In this document: positions 35,599 to 47,400 of the stretch, in pieces
Position numbering within the stretch: position 1 is the stretch's first letter
Layout: each line of letters starts with the position of its first letter
Origin: Mustelus asterias
Taxonomy: Eukaryota
NCBI RefSeq assembly: GCF_964213995.1
Contig: NC_135820.1
Span: 5,456,001-5,520,000 of the forward strand
DNA: 64,000 nucleotides
Direction of reading: 5' to 3'
The notes under the pieces: generated by a model
What the model was told of the DNA's origin: nothing
Seen by the model: only the letters and a program-made list of their open reading frames with translations
Database searches by the model: none
Made by a program: the position numbers and the translations under genes

Positions 35599-37870
35599 GA
35601 AACATAGAAACATAGAAAAACTACAGCACAAAACAGGCCCTTCGGCCCCACAAGTTGTGCCGAACATATCTCTACCTTTTAGGCCTACCTATGACCCACC
35701 ATCCTATTAAGCCCCATGTACTCATCCAGGAGTCTCTTAAAAGACCCTATTGAGTTTGCCTCCACCACCACTGACGGCAGCCGATTCCACTCGCCCACCA
35801 CCCTCTGTGTGAAAAACTTCCCCCTAATATTTCCCCTGTACCTGCCCCCCAGCACCTTAAACCTGTGTCCTCTCGTGGCAGCCATTTCCACCCTGGGAAA
35901 AAGTCTCTGAGAGTCCACCCGATCTATGCCTCTCAACATCTTATACACCTCTATTAGGTCTCCTCTCATTCTACGTCTCTCCAAGGATAAAAGACCGAGC
36001 TCCCTCAGCCTATCCTCATAAGGCATGCCACTCAATCCAGGCAACATCCTTGTAAATCTCCTCAGCACCCTTTCAATCTTTTCCACATCCTTCCTGTAAT
36101 GAGGTGACCAGAACTGAGCACAGTACTCCAAGTGGGTCTGACGAGGGTCTTATATAGCTGCATCATTATCCCCGGACTCCGAAACTCAATCCCTCAATTG
36201 ATAAAGGCCAGCACACCATACGCCTCTTAACCAACTCCTCCACCTGCGGGGCCAATTTTAGAGTCCTATGGACCCGGACCCCAAGGTCCTTCTGATCCTC
36301 GACAGTACTAAGAGTCTTTCCCTTTATATCGTACTCCTTCATCTCATTTGACCTGCCAAAATGGACCACTACGCATTTATCTGAGTTGAAGTCCATCTAC
36401 CACTTCTCCGCCCAGTCTTGCATCCTACTTATGTCCCTCTGTAACTTCTGACATCCCTCCAGACTATCCACAACCCCACCAACCTTCGTGTCGTTGGCAA
36501 ACTTACCAACCCATCCCTCTGCTTCCTCATCCAGGTCATTTATGAAAATGACAAACAGCAAGGGTCCCAGAACAGACCCCTGGGGCACACCACTGGTGAC
36601 CGACCTCCATTTAGAAAAAGACCCATCTGTACCCACTCTCTGCCTCCTTTGGGCAAGCCAGTTCTGGATTCACAGGGCAGCAGCCCCTTGGATCCCATGC
36701 CCTCTCACTTTTTCTAGAAGCCTTGCATGGGGGACCTTATCAAACGCCTTGCTAAAATCCATATAAACCACATCTAACATTTTCCCTTCGTCAATGTGTT
36801 TAGTCACATTTTTGAAGAACTCCACCAGGCTCGTAAGGCACGACCTGCCTTTGACAAAGCCATGCTGAGTATTCTTGAGCATACTAAACCTCTCTAAATG
36901 CTCATAAATCTTGTCCCTCAGGATCTTCTCCATCAGCTTACCAACCACTGAGGTTAGACTCACCGGTCAGTAATTTCCTGGGCTATCCCTATTCTCCTTC
37001 TTGAAAATAGGAACCACATCCGCAATCCTCCAATCCTCCGGCACCTCTCCCGTCTCCATCGACGATGCAAAGATCATCACCAGAGGCTCTGCAATCTCTT
37101 CCCTTGCCTCCCACAGTAACCTGGGGTACATCCCATCCGGACCCGGCGACTTATCTATTTGATGCATTCAAAGATTCCAGTACAACCTCTTTGTTAAAGT
37201 CCACATACTCAATCTTTTCAGTCCACCGCAAGCCCGCAGTACATCCACCCAGGTCCTTCTCCTCCGTGAAAACCGAGGCAAAATACTCATTCAGCACCTC
37301 TGCCATTTCTACTGGTTCCGTACAGACTTTCCCGCCTTCACCTTTTATAGGCCCTATTCCTTCACGTCTCATCCTTTTACTTTTCACATATTTATAGAAC
37401 GCCTTAGGGTTTTCCTTAATCCTACCTGCCAGGGCCTTCTCGTGACCCCTTCTGGCTCTCCTAATTTCCTTCTTTAGTCCCTTCCTACAAGCCGTATACT
37501 CATCTAGATCCCTATCTTCGCCAAGCTCTCTAAATCTTTTGTACGCTTTCCTTTTCTTCTCGACTAGGTCCCGCACAGCTTTCATGCACCATGGTTCCTT
37601 TAACCTACCAACTCCTCCCTATCTGCTCGGAATGTTGTCCTGTAGAACTCTAGACAGACATTCCTTGAAAAACTGCCACCTGTCTTCAGTACATTTCCCC
37701 GAGAATACCTCCTTCCAATTTACTCCTCTAATTTGCTGCCTTATGTCTTCATATTTCCCCTTACTCCATATAAACACTTTCCTAGTTTGCCTGATCCTCT
37801 CTTTTTCCAAGGCAAGCATAAAGGAGATAGAGTTATGATCGCTATCCCCAAGATGCTCTTCCACTGAGAG
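35599..37870 (-). mobile_element. 5'-truncated CR1/HER1 LINE
   Basis: Fragmented ORF2 with RT motifs and a CATAGAA tail. Empty paralogous site near 19558. Confidence 0.95.
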
Positions 37871-40212
37871 ATATTCCAAGCATTTAGTTAAAAATGCAGA
37901 AGCGGCAGTGATGGAATTTGAATGTTCATGACCTGCTTAACAGTGACATCATGTTTCAATATAAGAACAAACAATGCAACATCGAATTTGGAATATAATT
38001 AACAAGCCTGAGATAACATCAGATCCAAGGGCCCTGGATTTGATATTATCAAGATGCTTTGGTATTTATGTCACAGATAATACAAGAAAGGAATGGCATC
38101 TTAAGATTGTGCCATATCGGTGGCAATCAGATATTCAGAATCATAGAATCACAGAATCCCACAGTGCAGGAGAGGCCCCTCGGCCCATCGAGTCTGCACT
38201 GATGCACAAAATGCCCTGCTCAGTGGTTGGTAAGCTGATGGAGAAGATCCTGAGGGACAAGATTTATGAGCATTTAGAGAGGTTTAGTATGCTCAAGAAT
38301 ACTCCCACTTGCCAGCACTTGGCCTATAGCCTGATGGACATTGGAATGGACCAATAGAAACATCACTATGTCACTATAGAGTGGTGAATTTGTGGAACTC
38401 TTTGTCGCAGAAGGCTGTGGAGGCCAGGTCATTGAGTGTCTTTAAGACAGAGATAGATAGGTTCTTGATTAATAAGGGGATCAGGGGTTATGGGGAAAAG
38501 ACAGGAAAATGGAGGTGAGAAAAAAAATCAGCCATGATTGAATGGTGGAGCAGACTCGATGGGCTGAGTGGCCTAATTCTGCTCCTATGTCTCATGATCT
38601 TATATTGGGTGGCATATTGCAATTGACTACGATATTTGACATGGTAAAGAATGACAATTTAACATGCAATGAAATTGAATTAAACTAAAGACTTAAAGAA
38701 GGAAAAAAGTATAATTGTATTTTTTTTGAATGACTTGATTTGATTTATTATTGTCACATATATTAGCATGCAGTGAAAAGTATTGTTTCTTGCACGCAAT
38801 ACAGACAAACCATATTGATCCTCGAGAATGAAAGGAGAGAGTGCAGAATGTAGTCTTATAGTCAGAGCTAGGGTGTAGAGAAAGGTCAACGTAATGCAAG
38901 TTAAGTCCATTCAAAAGTCTGACAGCAGTTGGGAAGAAGCTGTTCTTGAGTCGGTTGGTACATGACCTCAGACTTTTGTATCTTTTTCCCGATGGAAGAA
39001 GGTGGAAGAGAGAATGTCCGGGGTGCGTGGAGTCCTTAATTATGCTGGCTACTTTGCCGAGGCAGCAGGAAGTGTAGACAGAATCAATGGATGGGAGGCT
39101 GGTTTGCGTGATGGATTGGGCTACATTCACAACCTTTTTGTAGTTTCTTGCTGTGTTGGGCAGAGCAGGAGCCATACCAAGCTGTGATACAACCAGAAAT
39201 AATGCTTTCTATGGTGCATCTGTAAAAATTGGTGAGAGTCACAAGGTTGGGATTTTTGGAAGGCTTAGTGGTATTCTGTAGCTTGGCAATCTGAGGATTT
39301 CCCTTTGGTCATTTTTTATGTTCTTGTCTGTCTATGTAAGTTTTATATGTTTTTTAAAATAAATATTGATACGCTTTCAAACCGAAGAATTTTGCCTTTG
39401 CGAGATTTAATTTTCAAAATATTTAGTTTTTCTAAGGAAACAGGCCGCCATTCGAAAGATCCCCACTTCAAGCAACCAGTGGGATAATAGTGGGTTAGAA
39501 GCAAACTCATTGAACGACCAATATCACTCCGTGTGTCAGCGACAATAGGAATGGCGAAGAGTTTGATTGATAGACAACGGGGAGAAGCGACCTCCAGCCC
39601 TTACAAATAGATTATGGCGGCTCAGTACTTTCGTGGCGGTTGGTGTCGCTGTGCTTAAAAATGAAATCCCGCCCGCAATCACAGTTTTACAAATGTTCAG
39701 TTTTCCAGGCGAGACTCAGACAGATTCTGATTTACCGGCAGGGTGGTTGAATAAATCCCAGCGCAGATACCTACACTGCACATCCAGTCTCAGAGATTCT
39801 TGGACAGTTGTCTGCCCATCGCCACTGATGAGTTTACAGGTCAGAGATTCCCCATGCTGATCCAGTGATGGGGTGAAGGAGAAAGTTAATGAAACCATCC
39901 AGGAATCCTCCAAACTGTTCCTGGTGTGTTGTGAAGTTAGAGCGCCCGGCAGAAAGGGAGATTCTTCTCCAATCCACTCCAGTTTAAGCTCTGGAACTGA
40001 ACAACTCTGGGTGAGTGAGCAGGTGAACTGAGCTGGTTTTCCAGCTATCAACTGTCCCGGGACTGAGATCCGCAGTTTGTCTGTAAGGAACAGAGGAAAT
40101 TCGAGTTACCCAAGATTCCAACCAGAGAATGCGTTGAGCTTCACTGGAACATTGCAGCAAGACAAGGACTTGCTCCCATGCCCACATGTCTATCCTTGGC
40201 TTGCTGCAATGT

Positions 40213-40977
40213 CTGTTCTCCAACAGTGCACAGAGACACAACATCAAGTTACAGAATACTAATTAGAATGCAAATCTCTACAGCCAGCCAGGTCTTAAAG
40301 GTACAGATAATGTGGGTGGAGGGAACATTAAACACAGGTTAAAGAGATGTGTATTGTCTCCAGACAGAACAGCTAGTAAGATTCTGCAAGATCAGGAGGC
40401 AAGCTGTGGGGGTTACTGATAATGTGACATAAATCCAACATCCCGGTTTAGGCCGTCCTCATGTGTGCGGAACTTGGCTATCAGTTTCTGCTCAGTGACT
40501 CTGCGCTGTTGTGTGTCGTGAAGGCCGCCTTCGACACATGACAGCGCAGAGTCGCTGAGCAGAAACTGATAGCCAAGTTCCGCACACATGAGGACGGCCT
40601 AAACCGGGATGTTGGATTTATGTCACATTATCAGTAACCCCCACAGCTTGCCTCCTGATCTTGCAGAATCTTACTAGCTGTTCTGTCTGGAGACAATACA
40701 CATCTCTTTAACCTGTGTTTAATGTTCCCTCCACCCACATTATCTGTACCTTTAAGACCTGGCTGGCTGTAGAGATTTGCATTCTAATTAGTATTCTGTA
40801 ACTTGATGTTGTGTCTCTGTGCACTGTTGGAGAACAGATTTTCACTCCATCTGATGAAGGGGCAGCGCTCCGAAAGCTTATGGTATTTGCTACCAAATAA
40901 ACCTGTTGGACTTTAACCTGGTGTTGTGAGACTTCTTACCGTGCTTACCCCAGTCCAACGCAGGCATCTCCACATCA
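40213..40977. mobile_element. Penelope-like element family 1, large hairpin insertion
   Basis: Inverted arms of about 310 bp. 12-bp TSD TTGCTGCAATGT at 40201-40212 and 40978-40989. Empty site at 21992-22003. Confidence 0.88.
40847..40883 (+). ncRNA. Minimal hammerhead ribozyme motif
   Basis: CCAT-CTGATGA-A-GGGGC-AGC-GCTCC-GAAAGCTTA-TGG. Confidence 0.7.
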
Positions 40978-43658
40978 TTGCTGCAATGTTCCAGTGAAGC
41001 TCAATGTAAACTGGAGGAACAGCATCTCATCTTCCGGCTCGGCACTTTACAACCTTCCAGTCTCAACATCGAATTCAACAACTTCAGATGATTTGCTCGA
41101 CCCCTCCTCGACCCCTTTGTTATCATTCCATTTTATTTAATTTTTTACTGTTCTCTAATTTTTATTTCTTTATTGTCTTTCTTCATTTTTATCTCCCCCA
41201 CCTTTCCTTCCCTCTACTTCATCCCCCATTTCTCCCTCCCGCTTACCCTTTTCTACATTCTACCTCTGCCCCATTCCACCCCGCTCCCCACTCAAAATCT
41301 CCATCTGTCACAGTTTACAGCTTTTCCGCCGCTTGGCCATTCACACCCTTTCTGCTCTCTGGGAATAGCTATTAGCAGTATTTCCCCCTGGTTTCTATGG
41401 CTATGACTCATCTTTCATTCCCTCCCCCTGCAGTATAAATATCTCCCACTTTCTATGCCTTTTAGCTTTGACGAAGGGTCATCTAGACTCGAAACGTCAC
41501 CTCTTTTCTCTTCTTACAGATTCTGCCAGACATGCTGAGATTTTTCAGCTTTTCTCTTTTGCTTAAACTCCAGTCTGTTTCCTCTACCTGGGAGCTATAT
41601 TTACCCTCATTCAGTTTCTTGTCCTTGCCTTGGGAACATTTTATTAACGTTGAATTCTATTTTCTGAGGGAGGTTTGGATATTATCCATGGATCTTTCAC
41701 TCCACACTGGATAATGACATTTTCTCGGACATTAACATTCAGTGGGATCTTGCAGTCTTCAAAGCAAAGTTCTGACATTACGTTTTTTTGATATTGCGAA
41801 TTAATGTTTCCACTTTGTATTCAATGGCAACACTTTCCGGCTCTGTATCACGCCCATTCACAGCCAATGGGATCTCCAAAGTAACTTGCCTTGAACAAAA
41901 GTTGGGGCTCAGGTTGTGGGACTCTCCGGCTGAAAAGTGGGTTCAAATCCCACTGCCAAGAGTGTGAGTACATTAGGGCAGTGAAACTTTATTAGTGATG
42001 AATCTGTTTGGAACGATCTCAGCTCATGAAAGGCGCTATTTAAATACAGGACGCACTCCTGCCTTCATTAAACGGAGGGGTATTAACGACGGGATTCCTC
42101 CCATGTACTGACCGTGTGCACCTTCCTGTCCATTCAGAGTGTGAACCTTCAGTCAATGTTCAGTCTCTATTAAGGGTTGTTTTTTGTTGTTGTTCTGGAC
42201 AGTTCCAAACCTTTTCCCAAGTTGTACTTAGTAACTGGACAGCAGCGGGGATTCCTGCGGGTTTGCAATGTCAGTAACCTGTTTGAGTTCAGGTCAATAA
42301 CATCACACACACCTGGATATGGTTCACTGTACCAACCCTGGAGCTGAAGCCTTTAACATTCGCCAACAGTAACAGCACACAATGACACCCTGCTCACTGA
42401 GAAAGCGGAATATAAACTCCTCACAAATGAATGGAAAACCTACCCAGAATTGAGAGAGAGACAGGAATTTTCTGAAGGTGATCTTCTGCTCTATCCCAGG
42501 GAGTGGTCATCTTCACTCTGATGTAATAATCCCCTCCATCCCCCCTCTTGAAGTCCTTTATCAATAAGGAGAACTGTTTCTCTGTCACCTTTCCCTTCAG
42601 CTCAATTCTCCCTGCTGCTCTCTCTAGCTCTGCGGAATCAGAGATAACAGAAACCACAGGGGTACGAGGATCAGAACCCCCCTTCAGCCACAGAATCCAC
42701 GGATTGCTGTATGTGTCGGGATAATCAAATACGCACGGGATTTCGGCACACGAGCCGTCACATTCCAGGGAATCCTCACAGACCATCGGGAACTATGGAG
42801 AACTGATAAACAAATATCCATTTCATAAATAATGAGCTGGCCAATGATAAACCGAATAAAATAATCCCAAAATTATAGCTCAGCACTGTTACATTTCCCT
42901 TGAAGCATCCACTGTTATATATACATCGCCAACAATTACAACTCTGCAAGTTCCCATTGAAACTATTCAAATTCTAGGAAATATTTCATTCAAACACATT
43001 GAAGTCAGAATTCTGTCAATTCAGTAAAATACCGAATAGAATTTCCAATATGAGATGCATCACAGCCTCAACATTAAATACAAATTTTTAGTTAACCATT
43101 CCTATCTCTGGAGGTCATGAATATTTTATTTCATTCACTAGACGGATACACCCTCAATCGGAAATTATTAAAAGAATCTTGTACCTTGGATAAACATCAG
43201 GATGAGGGGAACACACTTCATCATAATCATCACGACAGAAGGTTCACCATTGTAGGAAGGAACTGATTTCAGATTAAAACCTGGTGCTGAATTCCAGTCG
43301 CTGCTAATCGATTGCTGATCGATTACAATGGAATCGGAGCTGCTGGGCACCCCCTCATTGGGAATCGATTTAACCTCGCACAGTTTGGCAATCTCACTCC
43401 CTCTCAGTGACCGCCACTAGCTGTCTCAGACAGCGGCAGCATGGAGCTGGGCAGTAATGTGTTACTCACACAGTTAGTGGGTGCAATGGTGCCAAACTAG
43501 CGACAAAGGCTCACCAACTGACAATGAACCCTTCATTGTGATCGGCTGCACAGACAACAGGACAGGAACAAACATTTTAGACTGGAAAACCAAAAATAGC
43601 CCAGCACACAAGCTGTTCTGGCTAAAAATCCTGAAGGTGCGAAGGCCACTTATTTGCA

Positions 43659-43896
43659 CAGTAAGAAGTTTAACAACACCAGGTTAAAGTCCAACAGGTT
43701 TATTTGGTAGCAAAAGCCACACAAGCTTTCGGAGCTGCAAGCCCCTTCTTCAGGTGAGAAGAACTTGAAGAAGGGGCTTGCAGCTCTGAACGCTTGTGTG
43801 GCTTTTGCTACCAAATAAACCTGTTGGACTTTAACCTGGTGTTGTTAAACTTCTTACTGTGTTTACCCCAGTCCAACGCCGGCATCTCCACATCAT
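43659..43896. mobile_element. Penelope-like hairpin insertion in the pair-3 spacer
   Basis: Inverted arms of about 95 bp plus the conserved tail. 12-bp TSD CACTTATTTGCA at 43647-43658 and 43897-43908. Confidence 0.85.
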
Positions 43897-43919
43897 CACT
43901 TATTTGCAAGCAGCGGTTA

Positions 43920-44384
43920 CAGAAATAACCACAACATTGCATTCAGAGCGCAATGACTGAAAAGTAGAGAAAGATGTGTGAGATAGCGGGCTGAAGCTTG
44001 TGTGTTGGGCTATTTTTGGTTTTCCAGTCTAAAATGTTTGTTCCTGTCCTGTTATCTGAACAGCCGATCACAATGAAGGGTTCATTCTCAGTTGGTGAGC
44101 CTTTGTCACTAGTTTGGCACCATTGCACCCACTAACTGTGTGAGTAACACATTACTGCCCAGCTCCATGCTGTCGCTGTCTGAGACAGCTAGTGGCGGTC
44201 ACTGAGAGGGAGCGAGATTGCCAAACTGTGCGAGGTTAAATCGATTCCCAGTGAGGGGGTGCCCAGCAGCTCCGATTCCATTGTAATCGATCAGCGATCG
44301 ATTAGCAGCGACTGGAATTCAGCACCAGGTTTTAATCTGAAATCAGTTCCTTCCTACAATGGTGAACCTTCTGTAGTGATGATT
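43920..44384 (+). promoter_or_regulatory. Putative promoter/5' region conserved upstream of the leaders
   Basis: About 400-550 bp is conserved upstream of all six leaders. It holds a RUNX-type AACCACA (about 43927-43933) and an Ets-type TTCCTTCC (44347-44354). The motifs are short and function is inferred. Confidence 0.4.
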
Positions 44385-44424
44385 ATGATGAAGTGTGTTC
44401 CCCTCATCCTGATGTTTATCCAAG
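44385..44424 (+). CDS. Gene B leader exon L6 (MMKCVPLILMFIQ)
   Basis: ATG, hydrophobic 13-mer, donor CAAG|GTACAA, phase 1. An in-frame upstream ATG exists at 44379. Confidence 0.8.
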
Positions 44425-47400
44425 GTACAAGATTCTTTTAATAATTTCCGATTGAGGGTGTATCCGTCTCGTGAATAAAATAAAATATTCATGACCTCCA
44501 GAGATAAGAATGGTTAATTAAAAATTTGTATTTAATGTTGAGGTTGTAATGCAACTCATATTGGAAATTCTATTCTGTATTTTACTGAATTGACAGAATT
44601 CTGACTTCAATGTGTTTGAATGAAATATTTCCTAGAATTTGAATAGTTTCAATGGGAACTTGCAGAGTTGTAATTGTTGGCGATGTATATATAACAGTGG
44701 ATGCTTCAAGGGAAATGTAACAGTGCTGAGCTGTAATTTTGGGATTATTTTATTCGGTTTATCATTGGCTAGCTCATTATTAATGAAATGGATATTTGTT
44801 TATCAGTTCTCCATAGTTCCCGATGGTCTGTGAGGATTCCCTGGAATGTGACGGCTGTGAGAGGCTCGTGTGCAGAAATCCCGTGCACATTTGATTATCC
44901 CGACACATACAGCAATCCGCGGATTCTGTGGCTGAAGGGGGGTTCTGATCCTCATACCCGTGGGGTTTCTGTTATCTATGATTCCGCAGAGCCAGGGAGA
45001 GCAACCCCGGGATATAGAGGGAGAATTGAGCTGAAGGGAAATGTGACAGGGAAACAGTGCTCCTTATTGATAAAGGACTTCAGGAGCGGAGATGAAGGGG
45101 ATTATTACATCAGAGTGAAGATGACCAGCCCCTGGAATAGTGCCGAAAATCACCTTCAGAAAATTCCTGTCTCTCTCTCAATTCTGGGTAGGTTTTCCAT
45201 TCATTTATGAGGAGTTTATATTCCGCTTTCTCAGTGAATAGGGTGTTATTGTGTGCTGTTACTATTGGCGAATGTTAAAGGCTTCGACTCCAAGGTGGTA
45301 CAGTGAACCATATCCAGATGTGTTTGATGTTATTGACCTGAACTCAAACAGGTTACTGACATCCCAAACCCGCAGAAATTCCCCCCGCTGTCCACTTGCT
45401 AATTGTAATTTGGGAAATGGTTTGGAACTGCCCAGAACAAGAACAAAAAACGACCCTTAATAGAGACTGAACATTGAGTGTAGATTCACACTCTGAGTGG
45501 ATGGAGGGACACATGGTCAGTACATGGGAGGAATTCCGTCGTTAATACCCCTCCGTTTAATGAAGGCAGGAGTGTGTCCTGCATTTCAATAGCGCCTTTC
45601 ATGAGCTGAGATCGTTCCAAACAGATTCATCACTAATAAAGTCTCACTGCCCTAACGTACTCACGCAGTGGGATTCGAACCCACTTTTCAGCCGGGGAGT
45701 CCCACAACCTGAGCCCTAACTTTTGTTCAAGGCAAGTTACCTTGGAGATCCCATTGGTTTTGAATGGGCACGAAAGTGTTACCATCAAATGCAAATTGGA
45801 AACATTAATTCACAATATCAAAAAAACTTAATGTCAGAACTTTGCTTTGAAGATTGGTTATCTGGGAGACCCCACTGAATGTTAATGTCCTAGAAAATCC
45901 AGTGTGGAGTGAAAAATCCTTTGATAATGTCCAAACCACCCTCAGAAAACAGAATTCAACGTTAATAAAATGTTTCCAAGGCAAGGACAAGAAACTGAAT
46001 GAGGGTAAATATAGTTCCCAGGTCGAATAAACAGACTGGTGTTTAACAAATTGTGTTCAACGGGGGAAGGTTGTCTTTCTATTTGATCCAGTTTTCCCCG
46101 TTAATTATCACCCTGTCTGGTCAGGACCAGGGCATCCAGAGACAATTCTGACAAATAATGTGGTACATTCATTGGTCATTGGTCAATTCTTCAGAAAGAA
46201 GGGGGCAGCTTATTAACAGAATGAACTCGGGGAATTTAGGGATTTTTATCTGTAGCCAATAACAGAGAATAATCAGATAATCGATTTATTAATGTGATTA
46301 TTTCTTTGACTTTCCTCTCCTCTCATTCGGTTTTGTAAGTTGGAATCTTGGGTAACTCGAATTTCCTCTGTTCCCGACAGAGAAACTGCGGATCTCAGTC
46401 CCGGGACAGTTGATAGCTGGAAAACCAGCCCGGTTCACCTGCTCACTCACCCAGAGTTGTTCAGTTCCGGAGTTTAAACTGGAGTGGATTGGAGAAGAAT
46501 CTCCCATTCTGCCGGGAGCTCTAACTTCACAACACACCAGGAACAGTTTGGAGGATTCCTGGACGGTTTCATCAACTTTCTCCTTCACCCCATCACTGGA
46601 TCAGCATGGGGAATCCCTGACCTGTAAACTCATCAGTGGCGATGGGCAGACAACTGTCCAAGAATCTCTGAGACTGGATGTGCAGTGTAGGTATCTGCGC
46701 TGGGATTTATTCAATCACCCTGACGGTAAATCAGAATCTGTCTGAGTCTCGCCTGGAAAACTGAACATTTGTAAAACTGAGATTGCGAGATTTCATTTTT
46801 AAGTTGTGACGTCTTGTTGAAGTTGTACAAGACATTGGTCAGGCCACACTTGGAATACTGTTTATAGTTCTGGTCACTCTATTATGGAAAAGATATTATT
46901 AAACTAGAAAGAGTGCAGAAAAGATTAACCAGGATGCTACCGGGACTTGATAGTTTGAGTTATAAGGAGAGGCTGGAGAGACTGGGACTTTTTTCCCTGG
47001 AGGGTAGGAGGTTGAGGGGTGATTTTGTGGAAGTCTATAAAATAATGAGGGGCATAGATGAGTTAGATAGTCAACATCTTTTCCCAAAGGCAGGGGAGTC
47101 TAAAACTAGAGGGCAAAGTTTTAAGGTGAGAGGGGAGAGTTACAAAAATGTTCAGAGGGGCAATATTTTCACACAGAGGGTGGTGAGTGTCTGGAACAAT
47201 CTGCCAGAGGTAGTAGCAGAGGCGGGTACAATTTTGTCTTTTAAACAGCATTTGGACAGTTACATGGGTAAGATGGGTAGAGAGGGATATGGGCCAAATG
47301 TGGGCAATTGGGAGTAGCTTAGTGGTTAAAAACTGGGCAGCATGGGCAAGTTGGGCCAAAGGGCTTGTTTCCATGCTGTAAACCTCGATGACTAGGTGGA

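Larger units (their letters stand above)
34291..43224 (-). pseudogene. Cassette 5: L5 (43185-43224), V5 (42444-42802), intact C2-1 (39775-40080), intact C2-2 (34291-34548)
   Basis: V5 is 359 nt, with a frameshifting 10-nt deletion between GGCT repeats and a 12-nt deletion. Both C2 exons are open. Confidence 0.88.

Noticed and set aside
11700-43613. Whole array as an assembly artefact
   Set aside because: Copies differ by many substitutions, distinct disabling lesions and private transposon insertions with TSDs and matching empty sites. The orientation of individual segments still needs read support.
9214-45300. RAG-rearranging Ig/TCR/NAR V-segment cluster
   Set aside because: The V exons encode the whole domain through the G strand and end in splice donors. 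I saw no CACAGTG-spacer-ACAAAAACC signal next to them, and the CACAGTG hits I noticed are mostly in SINE heads. The domain has Siglec cysteines and YYIR rather than YYC.
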